The notes: a model not told the origin generated them from the letters alone. Numbered from the stretch's first letter, positions 1 to 12,024 are shown. The stretch is DNA of 64,000 nt from Planctomycetota bacterium (GCA_023150475.1 JAKLKU010000009.1:75375-139374); one strand, 5' to 3'. Translations and numbers: made by a program.

Positions 1-1992
1 GCGCGGCTCGAACGCGTCGTCGCGGACCTCGAGGAGGCTGCGCGCGTGCGGCGCGAGCTCGAGTCGGAACGTCAGAGCGCCGAAGCACGCGTCCAAGCGC
101 TGCGCGAAGCGTTCGGACAAGCGAAGAGCGAGAGCCATACCGTGCGCGCCCGGCTTTCGGACCTCGAGGACGCGCTCAAGGCCCACGGTCGCGAGTGCGA
201 CGCGCTCGCGCAGGAGACCGAGCGCCTGCAACGCGACATCCGCGACGCCCACGCACGGGTCGTCTCGGTCGAAGACGAGTACGGTCGGGCCGCGACGAAA
301 CTCGCGGAGCTCGAAACGGCGCGACGCGACTTGGAGGTCCGCCGCGACGAGCTGCAACGCGCGCACGGACAAGCCGAAGTCGAAGCGACACGGGCGCGGA
401 CCGAGCTCGGTTCGATCCAAGCGCGGGCTCGCGACCTCGAGCGTGCGCTCGCCGAAGCGAAACAGGAGCTCGAACGCACTCGGCGCCTCGCGACGGAACA
501 CGCCGAGAGCGCGCGAGCCGGCGCCGAGGAGTCGACGCGGCTCGCCGCCGAAGCGTCCGCGCTCGAGGCGAAGCGCGCCGAACGGGATCGCGAGCTCGGC
601 GAACTCCGCCGCACCGAACGCGCTGGGCGCGACGCGATCGAAGCGTTCCGCCGCCGGGTCGACGCCGTCACGCGCGAGCTCGAAGGTCTGACCGCGGATC
701 TCTCGACGCAACGGCTCGACGAACAACGGCTCGGTCTCGAACGCGCCGATCTCGTCGGCCGCGCGCGCGAGGAGCTGTCGCTCGGTGAACAGGAGCTGCT
801 CGAGAACTTCACGCCCGAAGACGCGCTGCTCGCCGAGGGCGCGCTCGCGTCGCTCGAAGCGCGCGTGGTCGAGTTGAAGCAGAACCTCGATCGCCTCGGA
901 CCGGTCAACACCGAGTCCGTCGCGGAACTCGCCGAGGCGGAGACGCGCTTCGACTTCCTCGACGGCGAACGCAAGGACTTGGCGCGCGCGCGCCAGACGC
1001 TCGAAGAAGCGCTCGCCGAGATCAACCGCGAGAGCGAGCGGCTCTTCCTCGAGACGTTCGAGGACGTGCGCACGCACTTCCAGACGCTCTTCCGCCAGCT
1101 GTTCGGCGGTGGCAAGGCCGACCTCGTGATGATGCCCGGCGAAGGACCGCTCGAAGCCGGCATCGAGATCACCGCACGGCCGCCGGGCCGCGAAATGTTG
1201 CCGATCGGACTCTTGTCCGGCGGCCAGCGGACGATGACGGCGCTCGCGTTGCTCTTCGCCGTGTTCCAGGCGCGACCGAGCCCGTTCTGCGTGCTCGACG
1301 AAGTCGACGCGGCGCTCGACGACGCAAACGTCGGGCGGTTCCTCGGCATGCTCGACAACTTCCGCCGCCACACGCAGTTCGTCGTCGTCACGCACAACAA
1401 GGGGACGATGGCCGCGTGCTCGGCGCTCTACGGCGTCACGATGGAAGTGAAGGGCGTGTCGCGCCACGTCGCGGTGCAGTTCGGCGACGTCGATCGAATC
1501 GACCCGCAGGCGACCGGCAACGCGTCGGCCGCCGTCGAAAGCCGCGCCGAAGTCCGCGCGCGTGCAGACGCCGAGTCTCCGGCGGACGCCGAGGCTCCGG
1601 ACGCCACGGCGCCGGGCCGCGAGCCGCGGCACGGCGCGGCCGGAGCTGGCGACCACGGGAACGGCGTGCCTGGCGACGGCGAGACGGCGGACGGCGAGAC
1701 CGAACCGGTCGTCGAGCTTGCGCCCGCCAAGCGCGCGTCCCGCGCGAAGTCGGGATCCAGGGCCTCGCGCAACGGCGGGCCGCACGGCGATTCGAACGGC
1801 CACCCGGTCGACGCCGAGCCGACGCCCGGGTCGGAAACGGCGAGCGTTGGCGCGTCGGACGCCTCGAACGGCGCCGCCAGCGCGAGCACGGCAACGCCGC
1901 CCGATACGGCCGACAACGCGGCCGACAACCCGGCCGAGAGCGCGGCCGACAGCGCGGCGGCCAACACGGCCGCCGAGATGCCGGCGAGCTGA
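1..1992 (+). CDS. smc: Chromosome segregation protein SMC, C-terminal part (5' end outside window)
   Basis: The frame is open from nt 1. A long E/R/L/A coiled-coil is followed by the ABC signature 'LSGGQRTMTALALLFAVF', Walker B 'FCVLDEVDAALD' and 'VVVTHNKGTM'. An ~170-aa low-complexity acidic/Ala tail follows. Confidence 0.9.
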   Translation, partial: ARLERVVADLEEAARVRRELESERQSAEARVQALREAFGQAKSESHTVRARLSDLEDALKAHGRECDALAQETERLQRDIRDAHARVVSVEDEYGRAATKLAELETARRDLEVRRDELQRAHGQAEVEATRARTELGSIQARARDLERALAEAKQELERTRRLATEHAESARAGAEESTRLAAEASALEAKRAERDRELGELRRTERAGRDAIEAFRRRVDAVTRELEGLTADLSTQRLDEQRLGLERADLVGRAREELSLGEQELLENFTPEDALLAEGALASLEARVVELKQNLDRLGPVNTESVAELAEAETRFDFLDGERKDLARARQTLEEALAEINRESERLFLETFEDVRTHFQTLFRQLFGGGKADLVMMPGEGPLEAGIEITARPPGREMLPIGLLSGGQRTMTALALLFAVFQARPSPFCVLDEVDAALDDANVGRFLGMLDNFRRHTQFVVVTHNKGTMAACSALYGVTMEVKGVSRHVAVQFGDVDRIDPQATGNASAAVESRAEVRARADAESPADAEAPDATAPGREPRHGAAGAGDHGNGVPGDGETADGETEPVVELAPAKRASRAKSGSRASRNGGPHGDSNGHPVDAEPTPGSETASVGASDASNGAASASTATPPDTADNAADNPAESAADSAAANTAAEMPAS

Positions 1993-2007
1993 GCGGTCCG
2001 GCGCTCG

Positions 2008-2027
2008 GGCGTCGGCCATGCGACGCC
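2008..2027 (+). terminator. GC-rich hairpin just after the smc stop (GGCGTCG-6 nt-CGACGCC); possible terminator, no U-tract
   Basis: Perfect 7-bp inverted repeat read directly from the sequence, 16 nt after the stop codon. No T-run follows it. Confidence 0.25.
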
Positions 2028-2252
2028 GGCTTGCGTCGTAGGCACTTCGCCAGTGTCGTGGCGGGCGACCGCGGCCCGGGTTTGCGCGTCCAAGGCTCCG
2101 CGCGCCGCCCACTCGGCGCGTCGGTCGAACTCCGGAAAAAGCCCAGTTTGGAGCGCCCGTTGCCGATCCAGCGTGCGTAGATCCGCCCGTCGCGCGGTCG
2201 GACGTCGGCCGCGCGCGGTTATCCTTCGCGGTCTTCGGGGAGTCTTCGCGGG

Positions 2253-4391
2253 ATGTCGTCACGCCAGGTCCGTCGCACGGCCACAGGATTCGTCGCCGCC
2301 GTGCTCGCCGCGGCCCTACACGCCGCGGCGGGAACCGCCGCAGCCGGCGGCGTGGGCCATGCCACCGCCACGGGCGGCCGTCCCGACGAACCGCTCCGTG
2401 TGCCGCGCCTGCAGGCGCTCGAGCGAACCGCGGGTGCCGACGCCGCCACGCCCTACGCAGACGCCGCCCAAGAGCCGGTCGCGGCGCCGTCGAGCGGCGC
2501 GTCCGTGCCGAGTCAGGATCCGCCGCAACCCGAGCCGGTGCCCGAAACGCCGCCCGAGCGGCCCGTGGAAGGTCCGGACAAGGCGCCCGCCGGCGGCAAC
2601 CCGACGGGGCAACAAGGCGAACCTGCCGTGGTCGCGGTCGAACCGCCGAAGGATCCGACGCACGCGAACGAGCCTCTGCCGTTGCCCGCGTATGCGCCGA
2701 GCTACCGTGACTACGCCGGCGTCGTCGCGCTGGCGAACGGCTGGTGCGCCGCGCGTCCGGACTCGGTGCGCGCGCTCGACCTCGGCCTCCAAGGGCCCGG
2801 AGGGCTGCCGTGGTGCGTGCTCGAACTCGCGAAACCGGGGCCGATCGCGCCGCAAGATCGACCGACGGTGTTCCTGATCGGCGGACTCGACGGGCTCGCG
2901 CTCGCGGGCGGTGAAGCCGTGCTCGCGAACGTCGCGGAGTTCCTGCAGGACGACACGTTCTCGAACGACGTCACGTTGATCGCGATTCCCTGGGCGAGCC
3001 CGTTCGCGCTCGAGCGCGCGTTCGCGAGCGACGTCGACGACGGTCGCGACCTCTCGCCGTTCGACGACGACCACGACGGCAAGGTCGACGAAGACGGTCC
3101 CGACGATCTCGACGGAGACGGCGCCGTGCTCTCGATGTTGATCGAAGACCCACGCGGTCCGTGGACACGCGCGTCCGACTCGCGTTTCCTCGTGCCTGCG
3201 GGTGCGAACGACGGTGCACGCTACCTGCTGTGTCGCGAAGGCCGCGACGACGACGGCGACGGACGCTTCAACGAGGATCCGGTCGGCGGTGTGGTGCTCG
3301 ATCGCAACTTCCCGTTGTCGCGCAGCGGCGCGCGACTCGAACCGCTCGAAGGCGTGCTGCCGCTTTCCGCGCCGCACGCGCGTGCACTCGCCGACCTCGC
3401 GCTGTCGCGACGCACGGTGATCGCGGTCTTCGCGCAAGGCAACCACGGCATGCTCGCGGCTCCGGGGTGTGTCGCGCTCGATGCGCGCGAGCTCGTGGTC
3501 GCCGACGATCGACCGCTCTACGAGCGCGTCGGCGACGCGTTCCAACTCGCGACCGGCCGGCGTCAGAGGCCGTACCTGCCGCTCCACGAAGCTCGCGGCG
3601 CGTGCCGCGGTGGCTCCGCGCTCGATTGGTTCTACGCCGTCGAGCGAGCGCTCGCGGTCGAAGTCGCGTGGTGGGGGCCGACCGTCGAGTTCGCCGGCGA
3701 CGTCGCTGCCGCGGACGCGCGATATCGGCCGGGGAAGAGCGGCAGCGAAGGCGACGTGGCGGACGGCGCGAGCGCCAAACCACACGCGCGCGGCCTCGGC
3801 AACGGTCGGCCCGCACCCGGCGAGAGCGACCGCGCGTGGGCCACTTGGCTCGACAACTCGAAGGGCGGCATCGGCTTCGTCGAGTGGAGCCCGGTCGATC
3901 TCGAGGACGGCGTGCAAGCGTGGGTCGGCGGCTTCGAGTCGCGCACCGTCGTCAACCCGCCGGCGGAGACTCTGCCGCGCGTGCTCGCCGGTGCGAGCGG
4001 GTTCACGCGCCAACTGCTCGCGGGGTTGCCGAAGCTCGACGTGAAAGTGCTCTCCGCCACGCGCGACGGCGACGTGTGCCGGGTGCGTGCGCGGGTGCGG
4101 AACACGGGCTTGCTGCCGACCGGACTCGCGGCGCGTGGCGCGCCGGCACCTTCGACCGCGGCGCGTCGTCCGGCGCCGACCGACGCTGCGGCGGCGTTGT
4201 CGCTCGAACTCGGTCTGCCCGTCGGCGCCGAGCTCTTCGCGGGCCGGCAACGCGTCGAACGTGCGCGGCTCTTCGGTGGCGAAGCGAGCGAAGAGTACGA
4301 GTGGGTGGTGCTCGCGCCCGAAGGCTCGACGTTCACACTGACCGCTCGCGCGGAGTGGACTCCGACGGTGGTGCGAGAGGTGAAACCGTGA
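2253..4391 (+). CDS. Secreted M14 (zinc carboxypeptidase)-like protein, probably non-canonical or inactive
   Basis: N-terminal signal-like segment 'FVAAVLAAALHAAAG'. M14-like block 'RPTVFLIGGLDGLALAGGEAVLANVAEFL'. Asp-rich Ca-binding-like stretches 'DDDHDGKVDEDGPDDLDGDG' and 'DDDGDGRFNEDP'. The HxxE zinc motif position reads 'DGLA'. Confidence 0.6.
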   Translation: MSSRQVRRTATGFVAAVLAAALHAAAGTAAAGGVGHATATGGRPDEPLRVPRLQALERTAGADAATPYADAAQEPVAAPSSGASVPSQDPPQPEPVPETPPERPVEGPDKAPAGGNPTGQQGEPAVVAVEPPKDPTHANEPLPLPAYAPSYRDYAGVVALANGWCAARPDSVRALDLGLQGPGGLPWCVLELAKPGPIAPQDRPTVFLIGGLDGLALAGGEAVLANVAEFLQDDTFSNDVTLIAIPWASPFALERAFASDVDDGRDLSPFDDDHDGKVDEDGPDDLDGDGAVLSMLIEDPRGPWTRASDSRFLVPAGANDGARYLLCREGRDDDGDGRFNEDPVGGVVLDRNFPLSRSGARLEPLEGVLPLSAPHARALADLALSRRTVIAVFAQGNHGMLAAPGCVALDARELVVADDRPLYERVGDAFQLATGRRQRPYLPLHEARGACRGGSALDWFYAVERALAVEVAWWGPTVEFAGDVAAADARYRPGKSGSEGDVADGASAKPHARGLGNGRPAPGESDRAWATWLDNSKGGIGFVEWSPVDLEDGVQAWVGGFESRTVVNPPAETLPRVLAGASGFTRQLLAGLPKLDVKVLSATRDGDVCRVRARVRNTGLLPTGLAARGAPAPSTAARRPAPTDAAAALSLELGLPVGAELFAGRQRVERARLFGGEASEEYEWVVLAPEGSTFTLTARAEWTPTVVREVKP

Positions 4392-5692
4392 GCGCGATTT
4401 CGTTCGCGTTCGCGGCGCTGCTCGCGCTGCAGGATCCGTCCGCCGCGGGACGACTGACGAGCGCGCCCGACAAACGCGTCGAGCTCGACTTCCAGCACTA
4501 CTACGACGTGCCCGAGCTCGTGAGCACGCTCGAGAAGCTCGCTGGCGCGTACCCGGAATTCGTCACGCTCGAAACCGTCGGCGAGAGCTCGGGTGGACGA
4601 CCGCTGCTCTTCGCGACCGTCGGCGAACGATCGCGCGGACCTCTCGAGACGCGCCCCGCGCTCGTGTGGGTCGCCGGGCTCGACGCCGACGACGTCGTCG
4701 GCACCGAACTCGTGCTCTACGCGCTGTACGACCTCCTGCAGAACCACGCTCGCGATCCACGCGCGACGGAGCTCTTCGCTCGCACCACGCTCTACCTCGT
4801 GCCGAGCGTCGACCCCGATCGTCGCGCGGAGCTCTTCGCCGGTCGGGCGCGGGCCGCGGAAGCCGGTGCAGGCGCCGTGCGGCTCGACCGCGACTTCCCG
4901 AGCGCGTGGGATCCATTCGCGGAAGGCGCGGGCAAGTACCCGCTCGCGACGCCGGAGACGCGCGGGCTCGTGACGGCGTTGCTCGCGCGCGAGAACACGG
5001 TGATCGCGCTCGCGAGCGTCGCCGGTGTCGGGGCGCGAGCGGTGGATGCTGCTGCGCCGCGTGCGGGACTCGCCGCCGACGACCATGACGCGTTCGAGCG
5101 CGTGCTGACCGGCCTGTCGGTGCGCGATCCTCTCGGCGTCGCGAGCTTCGCGTTGCGTCCTCGAGTTCGCGGCGACTTCCTCGAGTTCGCGTTCGACGCG
5201 CTCGGCGCGTATCCGTTCGAGTTGCGGCCCGCACTGGGAGACGGCGTGCCGCCGCCGACGGAGATTCCCGACCTCGGCCGTGCCGCGACCCGTGCGTTGC
5301 TCGAGTTCGGCGCGGCGTTGCCGCGGCTCTCGATCGAGAAGCTCGCGAAGACGCGGCTCAAGAGCGATCTCTGGCAAGTCGAGTTCGAACTCGCCAACTC
5401 TGGCCGCATCGGTGGCACGACGCGCTTCGCGCGCGAGCGTGGTTTCGCCGACGACGTCGCGCTCGACGTGTCGGGTGCGCGGCTCGTCGCGCTCGGCAGT
5501 CGGGACACGGACGCGAACGAGTTCACACCGATCGTCTCGCGCGCGAACGAAGCGCCGGTGCTCGCCGCGCCCGGCGGCGGCGAACGTCGTCACGTGCGGC
5601 TGATCGTGCAAGGCGCGGAAGGCGCGGCGCTCGTGCTCCGGGCGCGAGGCGTGCGCTACGGCGAAGTCGAACTCCGCGACGTGTTGCAGTGA
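4388..5692 (+). CDS. M14 (zinc carboxypeptidase)-like protein, paralogue of the upstream gene, probably non-canonical
   Basis: The GTG start overlaps the upstream stop (GTGA at 4388-4391). Signal-like 'ISFAFAALLALQ'. M14-like blocks 'YYDVPELVSTLEKLAGAYPEFV', 'RPALVWVAGLDADDVVGTELVLYALYDLL' and 'LYLVPSVDPDRR'. The upstream part of the 843-aa track ORF is Arg-rich shadow. Confidence 0.6.
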   Translation: MSAISFAFAALLALQDPSAAGRLTSAPDKRVELDFQHYYDVPELVSTLEKLAGAYPEFVTLETVGESSGGRPLLFATVGERSRGPLETRPALVWVAGLDADDVVGTELVLYALYDLLQNHARDPRATELFARTTLYLVPSVDPDRRAELFAGRARAAEAGAGAVRLDRDFPSAWDPFAEGAGKYPLATPETRGLVTALLARENTVIALASVAGVGARAVDAAAPRAGLAADDHDAFERVLTGLSVRDPLGVASFALRPRVRGDFLEFAFDALGAYPFELRPALGDGVPPPTEIPDLGRAATRALLEFGAALPRLSIEKLAKTRLKSDLWQVEFELANSGRIGGTTRFARERGFADDVALDVSGARLVALGSRDTDANEFTPIVSRANEAPVLAAPGGGERRHVRLIVQGAEGAALVLRARGVRYGEVELRDVLQ

Positions 5693-5758
5693 GCGTGCGC
5701 GACGACCGCCTCGAGGCGGTCGTCACGGCGAAGCCGGCGCTTCAGGGCCGAGTGCGGT

Positions 5759-6736
5759 TCACCGTCTCGCGAATCGTTGCCACTCGGGCAGCGCCGCGAG
5801 CACCATCCGGCCGATCACGTCGAGGCTCTGCGGCGAGCAATGCGCGAGTGTGTCGTCCGCGGTGTGCCAGTAACGATTCGCCGGCCCGTACTCGAAGTCG
5901 ATCAGGTCGAGCGCCGGGATGCCCACGGCCAGGAAGGACAGGTGGTCGTCCTTGATCTGCTCGGCGCGCTTCCCGATGTGTTTCTCGAGACCGAGCGACT
6001 TGGCCGCGTCGCGGAAGATCTGCATCAGCTGCGTGTCCGAGTACGTGTCGGGCGTGAGCACGAGCTCCGCGTCGCCGATCATGTCGAGCAGGATGCAGGC
6101 CTTGACGCGCTCGGCTTCGCCGCGTTCGACCAACGCTTTGACGTGGTGCCGCGAGCCGTAACGATTGTCGGGGTCTTGCCAGTCGAAACGGATCGCCTCT
6201 TCGCCGTCGAGGAACAGGAGCCGAGTCACCACGTCGCGATTCGGCGCCGACGCGATGACGCGCGCGAGCTCGAGCAACACCGCCGTGCCGGAACCGCCGT
6301 CGTTCGCGCCGACGAACGGGAAGCCCAACTTCTTGGTGTCGTAGTGCGTGCACAGCACGACGATCGGCAACTTCGCCGAGTCCGCGCCCGGCGCGACCAC
6401 GTCCGCGAGGACGTTGGTCACGCGTATCGGTCCGTACGGGGCTTCGGGGCAATCGAAGGTCTCGCGTCGCGGCTCGAGCCCGACCGCTCGCAGTTGTGCT
6501 TCGAGGTACTGGCGCGTGCTTTCGAGCGCGTCGGAGCCCGCGGGGCGAGGCCCGAAGGCCACTTGGGCTTCGAGGTGCTTCCACGCACGAATCGAGTCGA
6601 ACGCGATCGTCGGAGCCGACGCGCCGCTTGCGTCGCAGCTCGTGCCGAGTCCCGCGCCGGAGCAGGCGGCGAGTCCGGTGAGCGCGAGCGCGCGCACGGT
6701 GGAGCGGATCGAACGACGCGGCGAACGGTGAAGCAT
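5759..6736 (-). CDS. M28 family peptidase / glutaminyl-cyclase-like lipoprotein
   Basis: Lipobox 'LALTGLAACSG' after the Met at 6736. M28 blocks 'GANDGGSGTAVLLELARV', 'ILLDMIGD' and 'WHTADDTLAHCS'. Start chosen at the internal Met preceding the signal peptide. Confidence 0.75.
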   Translation of the reverse strand: MLHRSPRRSIRSTVRALALTGLAACSGAGLGTSCDASGASAPTIAFDSIRAWKHLEAQVAFGPRPAGSDALESTRQYLEAQLRAVGLEPRRETFDCPEAPYGPIRVTNVLADVVAPGADSAKLPIVVLCTHYDTKKLGFPFVGANDGGSGTAVLLELARVIASAPNRDVVTRLLFLDGEEAIRFDWQDPDNRYGSRHHVKALVERGEAERVKACILLDMIGDAELVLTPDTYSDTQLMQIFRDAAKSLGLEKHIGKRAEQIKDDHLSFLAVGIPALDLIDFEYGPANRYWHTADDTLAHCSPQSLDVIGRMVLAALPEWQRFARR

Positions 6737-7375
6737 GCGGACGAGCTTAGGACGGGGGTGCGACATGCGCCACGCTGGCCCGGGCCGACGAACTGCCCCG
6801 CCTCGTTGGGCACGAAATCGAGGAGCGGGTGCAACCGATCCGCCCAAACGGAGTCCTGGTCAGGTGGCCCCGCAGTGTCGACGCCGGATCGGGAGCGCAG
6901 GAAACCGGCGTCTCCAACGCCGCGGTCGACGCCCGCGAGGCACACGCGCCGGTGCGCGACGCGCGCTTTCGCAGCGCGCACCTTCCGCGTCGCCGCCATC
7001 GCGCGTGCCACGCGTCGGGCTGGGCGGCGCGCACGCGGAGCAAGGGCCCGGAACGGCCCGCGCGGGCGCCGGGCCCGTCCTGCGGGCCCAACCGACGAGG
7101 CCAGTGTCCGCGGCGCGTGGTCGCCGCGCGGGATGTCGGACTCGTCGGTTCGGACGGCGGCGCTTTTCTCGCTTCCTGGATCGCTGCGACGCGTGGTGAG
7201 GGGCTGGCAGGCCCGCCGCGCGTGCGCGAGCGGTTGACGGCTTCGGCAGGGCCGTCGTGGCGGTGCGACGTCTCAGGTCGCCGCGCGATCCAGTCGAAGT
7301 TCGGTCCGCCCGACCCTCGACCCTCGCGCTCGGCGCCACGCGCCGGGCGACGTGGGATCAGCCCAACGCACCACC

Positions 7376-9430
<2,055 letters not shown>

Positions 9431-9446
9431 GCGGCGGAGACGGCCC

Positions 9447-10553
9447 GTGTTCCGCATCGAAGTCGACCGAGCGCGTTTCCGCGAGATCGTGCGCGGCCGC
9501 ATTCGCCAAGACCTGCGCAAGTACCTCTCGAACTCCGAGCTGATCGCGCGCCAAGGCGAACGCGCGGTTTCGGTGCCCGTGCCGCAGATCGAGTTGCCGC
9601 ACTTCCGTTTCGGCGAGAATCAGAAGTCCGGCGTCGGCCAAGGGCCCGGCGAGAAAGGCGACGCACTCGGCGACCAAGAGGGCGAAGCCGGCGGCGAAGG
9701 CGCGGCGGGCGATCGCGAGGGCCAACACATCCTCGAGGTCGAAGTCGAGATCGAGGAACTCGCCGAGATGCTCGGCAAGGAACTCGAGCTCCCGAACATC
9801 CAACCGCGCGGCAAACGCGACGTGTCGACCGAGGGGGGCCGCTACAACGGCGTGCGCCGCTCGGGCCCCGATTCGTTGCGGCACATGCGGCGCACGTTCA
9901 AGGCCGCGCTCCTGCGCACGATCTCGGCCGGCGAGTGGGATCCGAACGATCCGCGCGTCGTGCCGAACCGCGAGGACCAGCGCTATCGAGCGCGCAAGTC
10001 GTCGCCGGTGCCAGACTCGTCCGCGGTGATCCTGCACATGATGGACGTGTCCGGTTCGATGGGCCGCGAACAGAAGGAGATCGTGCGCATCGAGGCCTTC
10101 TGGATCGATACGTGGCTGCGGAGCCAGTACAAGAACCTCGAAGTCGTCTACATCGTCCACGACGCCGTCGCGAAAGTCGTCGACCAAGAAGCCTTCTTCC
10201 ACTTGCGCGAGTCGGGCGGCACGAAGATCAGCTCCGCGTACGAGCTCGCTCTCAAGTTGATCCAGGAGCAATACCGTCCGGAGGACTGGAACATCTACCC
10301 GTTCCACTACTCCGACGGCGACAACTGGTCGGCGCGCGACACCGAACGCTGCATCTCGCTGCTCAAGGACGAGCTCCTCCCGCGAGTCAACCAGTTCTGC
10401 TACGGGCAAGTGAAGAGCGCGTACGGCTCGGGCCAGTTCAAGAAGGACCTCGACGAAGCGCTCGGTTCCGACGAACGGCTCGTGACGAGCTCGGTGGCCG
10501 ATCGCGGCGACATCGCGGGCGCGATCCGCCAGTTCCTGGGCAAAGGTCGGTGA
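9447..10553 (+). CDS. DUF444 / YeaH-YhbH family protein (vWA-like)
   Basis: 'RFREIVRGRIRQDLRKYL' N-terminus and MIDAS-like 'ILHMMDVSGSMG'. The position immediately after prkA is typical of the family. Confidence 0.85.
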   Translation: MFRIEVDRARFREIVRGRIRQDLRKYLSNSELIARQGERAVSVPVPQIELPHFRFGENQKSGVGQGPGEKGDALGDQEGEAGGEGAAGDREGQHILEVEVEIEELAEMLGKELELPNIQPRGKRDVSTEGGRYNGVRRSGPDSLRHMRRTFKAALLRTISAGEWDPNDPRVVPNREDQRYRARKSSPVPDSSAVILHMMDVSGSMGREQKEIVRIEAFWIDTWLRSQYKNLEVVYIVHDAVAKVVDQEAFFHLRESGGTKISSAYELALKLIQEQYRPEDWNIYPFHYSDGDNWSARDTERCISLLKDELLPRVNQFCYGQVKSAYGSGQFKKDLDEALGSDERLVTSSVADRGDIAGAIRQFLGKGR

Positions 10554-11884
10554 ACGTGCAGTACGCGCGCCGACGTTCGGGTTCGTTGACGCCGGAGCTC
10601 GCGCTCTGGGCGGAACGCATCGAGAAAGTCGCGCGCGGTCACAAGCTCGACTTCTTCGCGATCGATTTCGAGTTGCTCGACGCGAAGGACGTCAACGGCA
10701 TCGCGGCGTACGGCGGCTTCCCGGTGCGGTACCCGTCGTGGCGCTTCGGCATGGAGTTCGAACGGCTCGAGAAAGGCTACGAGTACGGCCTCTCGAAGAT
10801 CTACGAGCTCGTGATCAACAACGATCCGGTGGTCGCGTACCTCGTGAAGTCGAACTCGCTGCTCGAGCAGAAGCTCGTGATGGCGCACGTGTGCGGCCAC
10901 GCCGACTTCTTCGCGCACAACTGTTGGTTCCAGGCGACCGATCGACACATGCTCGACACGATGGGGCAGCACTCGACCGCGGTGCGCCGCATGATCGACC
11001 GCCAAGGGCTCGAGCGCGTCGAGCGGTTCCTCGATCAAGCGCTCTCGATCGACAACCTGCTCGACCCGTACCTGCCGCTGCGCGAGCACCTCGCGAAGAC
11101 CAAGCCGACGTCGCTCGGCACGCCGCCGACGTACGACATCCTCGGTTTCCTCTGCGAACGCGCGCCGCTCGACGATTGGCAACGCGAGATCCTGCGCATC
11201 GTGCGCGCCGAGGCGTACTACTTCCAGCCGCAGCGCATGACGAAGATCATGAACGAGGGTTGGGCTTCGTTCTGGCACTCGCGCATCCTGACCGGCGGCG
11301 TGCTCGACGCGAGCGAGATCGTCGACTTCGCGGACTGCCACAGCGGCGCGACGGCGCGCGCGCCCGGACGGATCAATCCGTACAAGCTCGGCATCGAGCT
11401 CTTCCGCTACGCCGAGGAGCTCGGCCAGGACGTCTTCGCGCTCCGCCGCCGGCACAACGACGCGAGCCTGATCGACGAACTCGTCGACGAGACGTTCGTC
11501 GAGCGCGAGATGCTGTTCCTCTACGGCAAGAACCCGCGCAGCGCGCGCACCGAAGTCACCGAGCGCGACTGGCGCAAGGTCAAGGATCGTCTGCTCGGCG
11601 ATCTCGCGTGGGGCGGCTTGCCCCAGATCGAGCTCGTCGCGGTCGACACCGAGGGACGCGGCGAGCTCGTGCTCCGTCACCATCACGACGGCCGAGACCT
11701 GCAGCTCCAGAACGCGCGCGAGACGCTCTTGCGCCTCGCGGCGATCTGGAAGGGCCCGATCGAGCTTTCGACTCGCGAAGAAGGCGAGGGGCGCGTGCTC
11801 GTGTGCGACGGCAAGGACGTCGAAGTGCGCGAAGTCCCCGGCGCGCCGCCGGCGAGCAGCGGCGATTCGAGCGGCGAGCACTGA
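10550..11884 (+). CDS. spoVR: SpoVR / YcgB family protein
   Basis: The GTG start overlaps the upstream stop (GTGA at 10550-10553). Blocks 'MAHVCGHADFFAHN' and 'KIMNEGWASFWHSRIL'. Confidence 0.85.
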   Translation: MNVQYARRRSGSLTPELALWAERIEKVARGHKLDFFAIDFELLDAKDVNGIAAYGGFPVRYPSWRFGMEFERLEKGYEYGLSKIYELVINNDPVVAYLVKSNSLLEQKLVMAHVCGHADFFAHNCWFQATDRHMLDTMGQHSTAVRRMIDRQGLERVERFLDQALSIDNLLDPYLPLREHLAKTKPTSLGTPPTYDILGFLCERAPLDDWQREILRIVRAEAYYFQPQRMTKIMNEGWASFWHSRILTGGVLDASEIVDFADCHSGATARAPGRINPYKLGIELFRYAEELGQDVFALRRRHNDASLIDELVDETFVEREMLFLYGKNPRSARTEVTERDWRKVKDRLLGDLAWGGLPQIELVAVDTEGRGELVLRHHHDGRDLQLQNARETLLRLAAIWKGPIELSTREEGEGRVLVCDGKDVEVREVPGAPPASSGDSSGEH

Positions 11885-12024
11885 GAGACGCGCACTTCGG
11901 GATTCGGGCGCGCCGTCGCACGTTGGCGGGACTTGCTTGCACGACGTGTTCGCGCCGGGCGCTCGCCCCGCATGCTTGCCCCGCATGCTTGCACGAGACT
12001 CGCGAGCGGCGGAGACTGGCGCCC

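Noticed and set aside
3161-4387. The upstream 409 codons of the 843-aa ORF 3161-5692.
   Set aside because: This part is Arg-rich shadow overlapping the well-supported frame of the first M14-like gene. The second M14-like protein starts at the GTG at 4388, with its own hydrophobic N-terminus.
7205-7220. Sigma-54 promoter for prkA (TGGCA-N6-CCGC).
   Set aside because: The -24 element is only partial, and the -12 element reads CCGC instead of TTGC. In a GC-rich genome such near-matches arise by chance.
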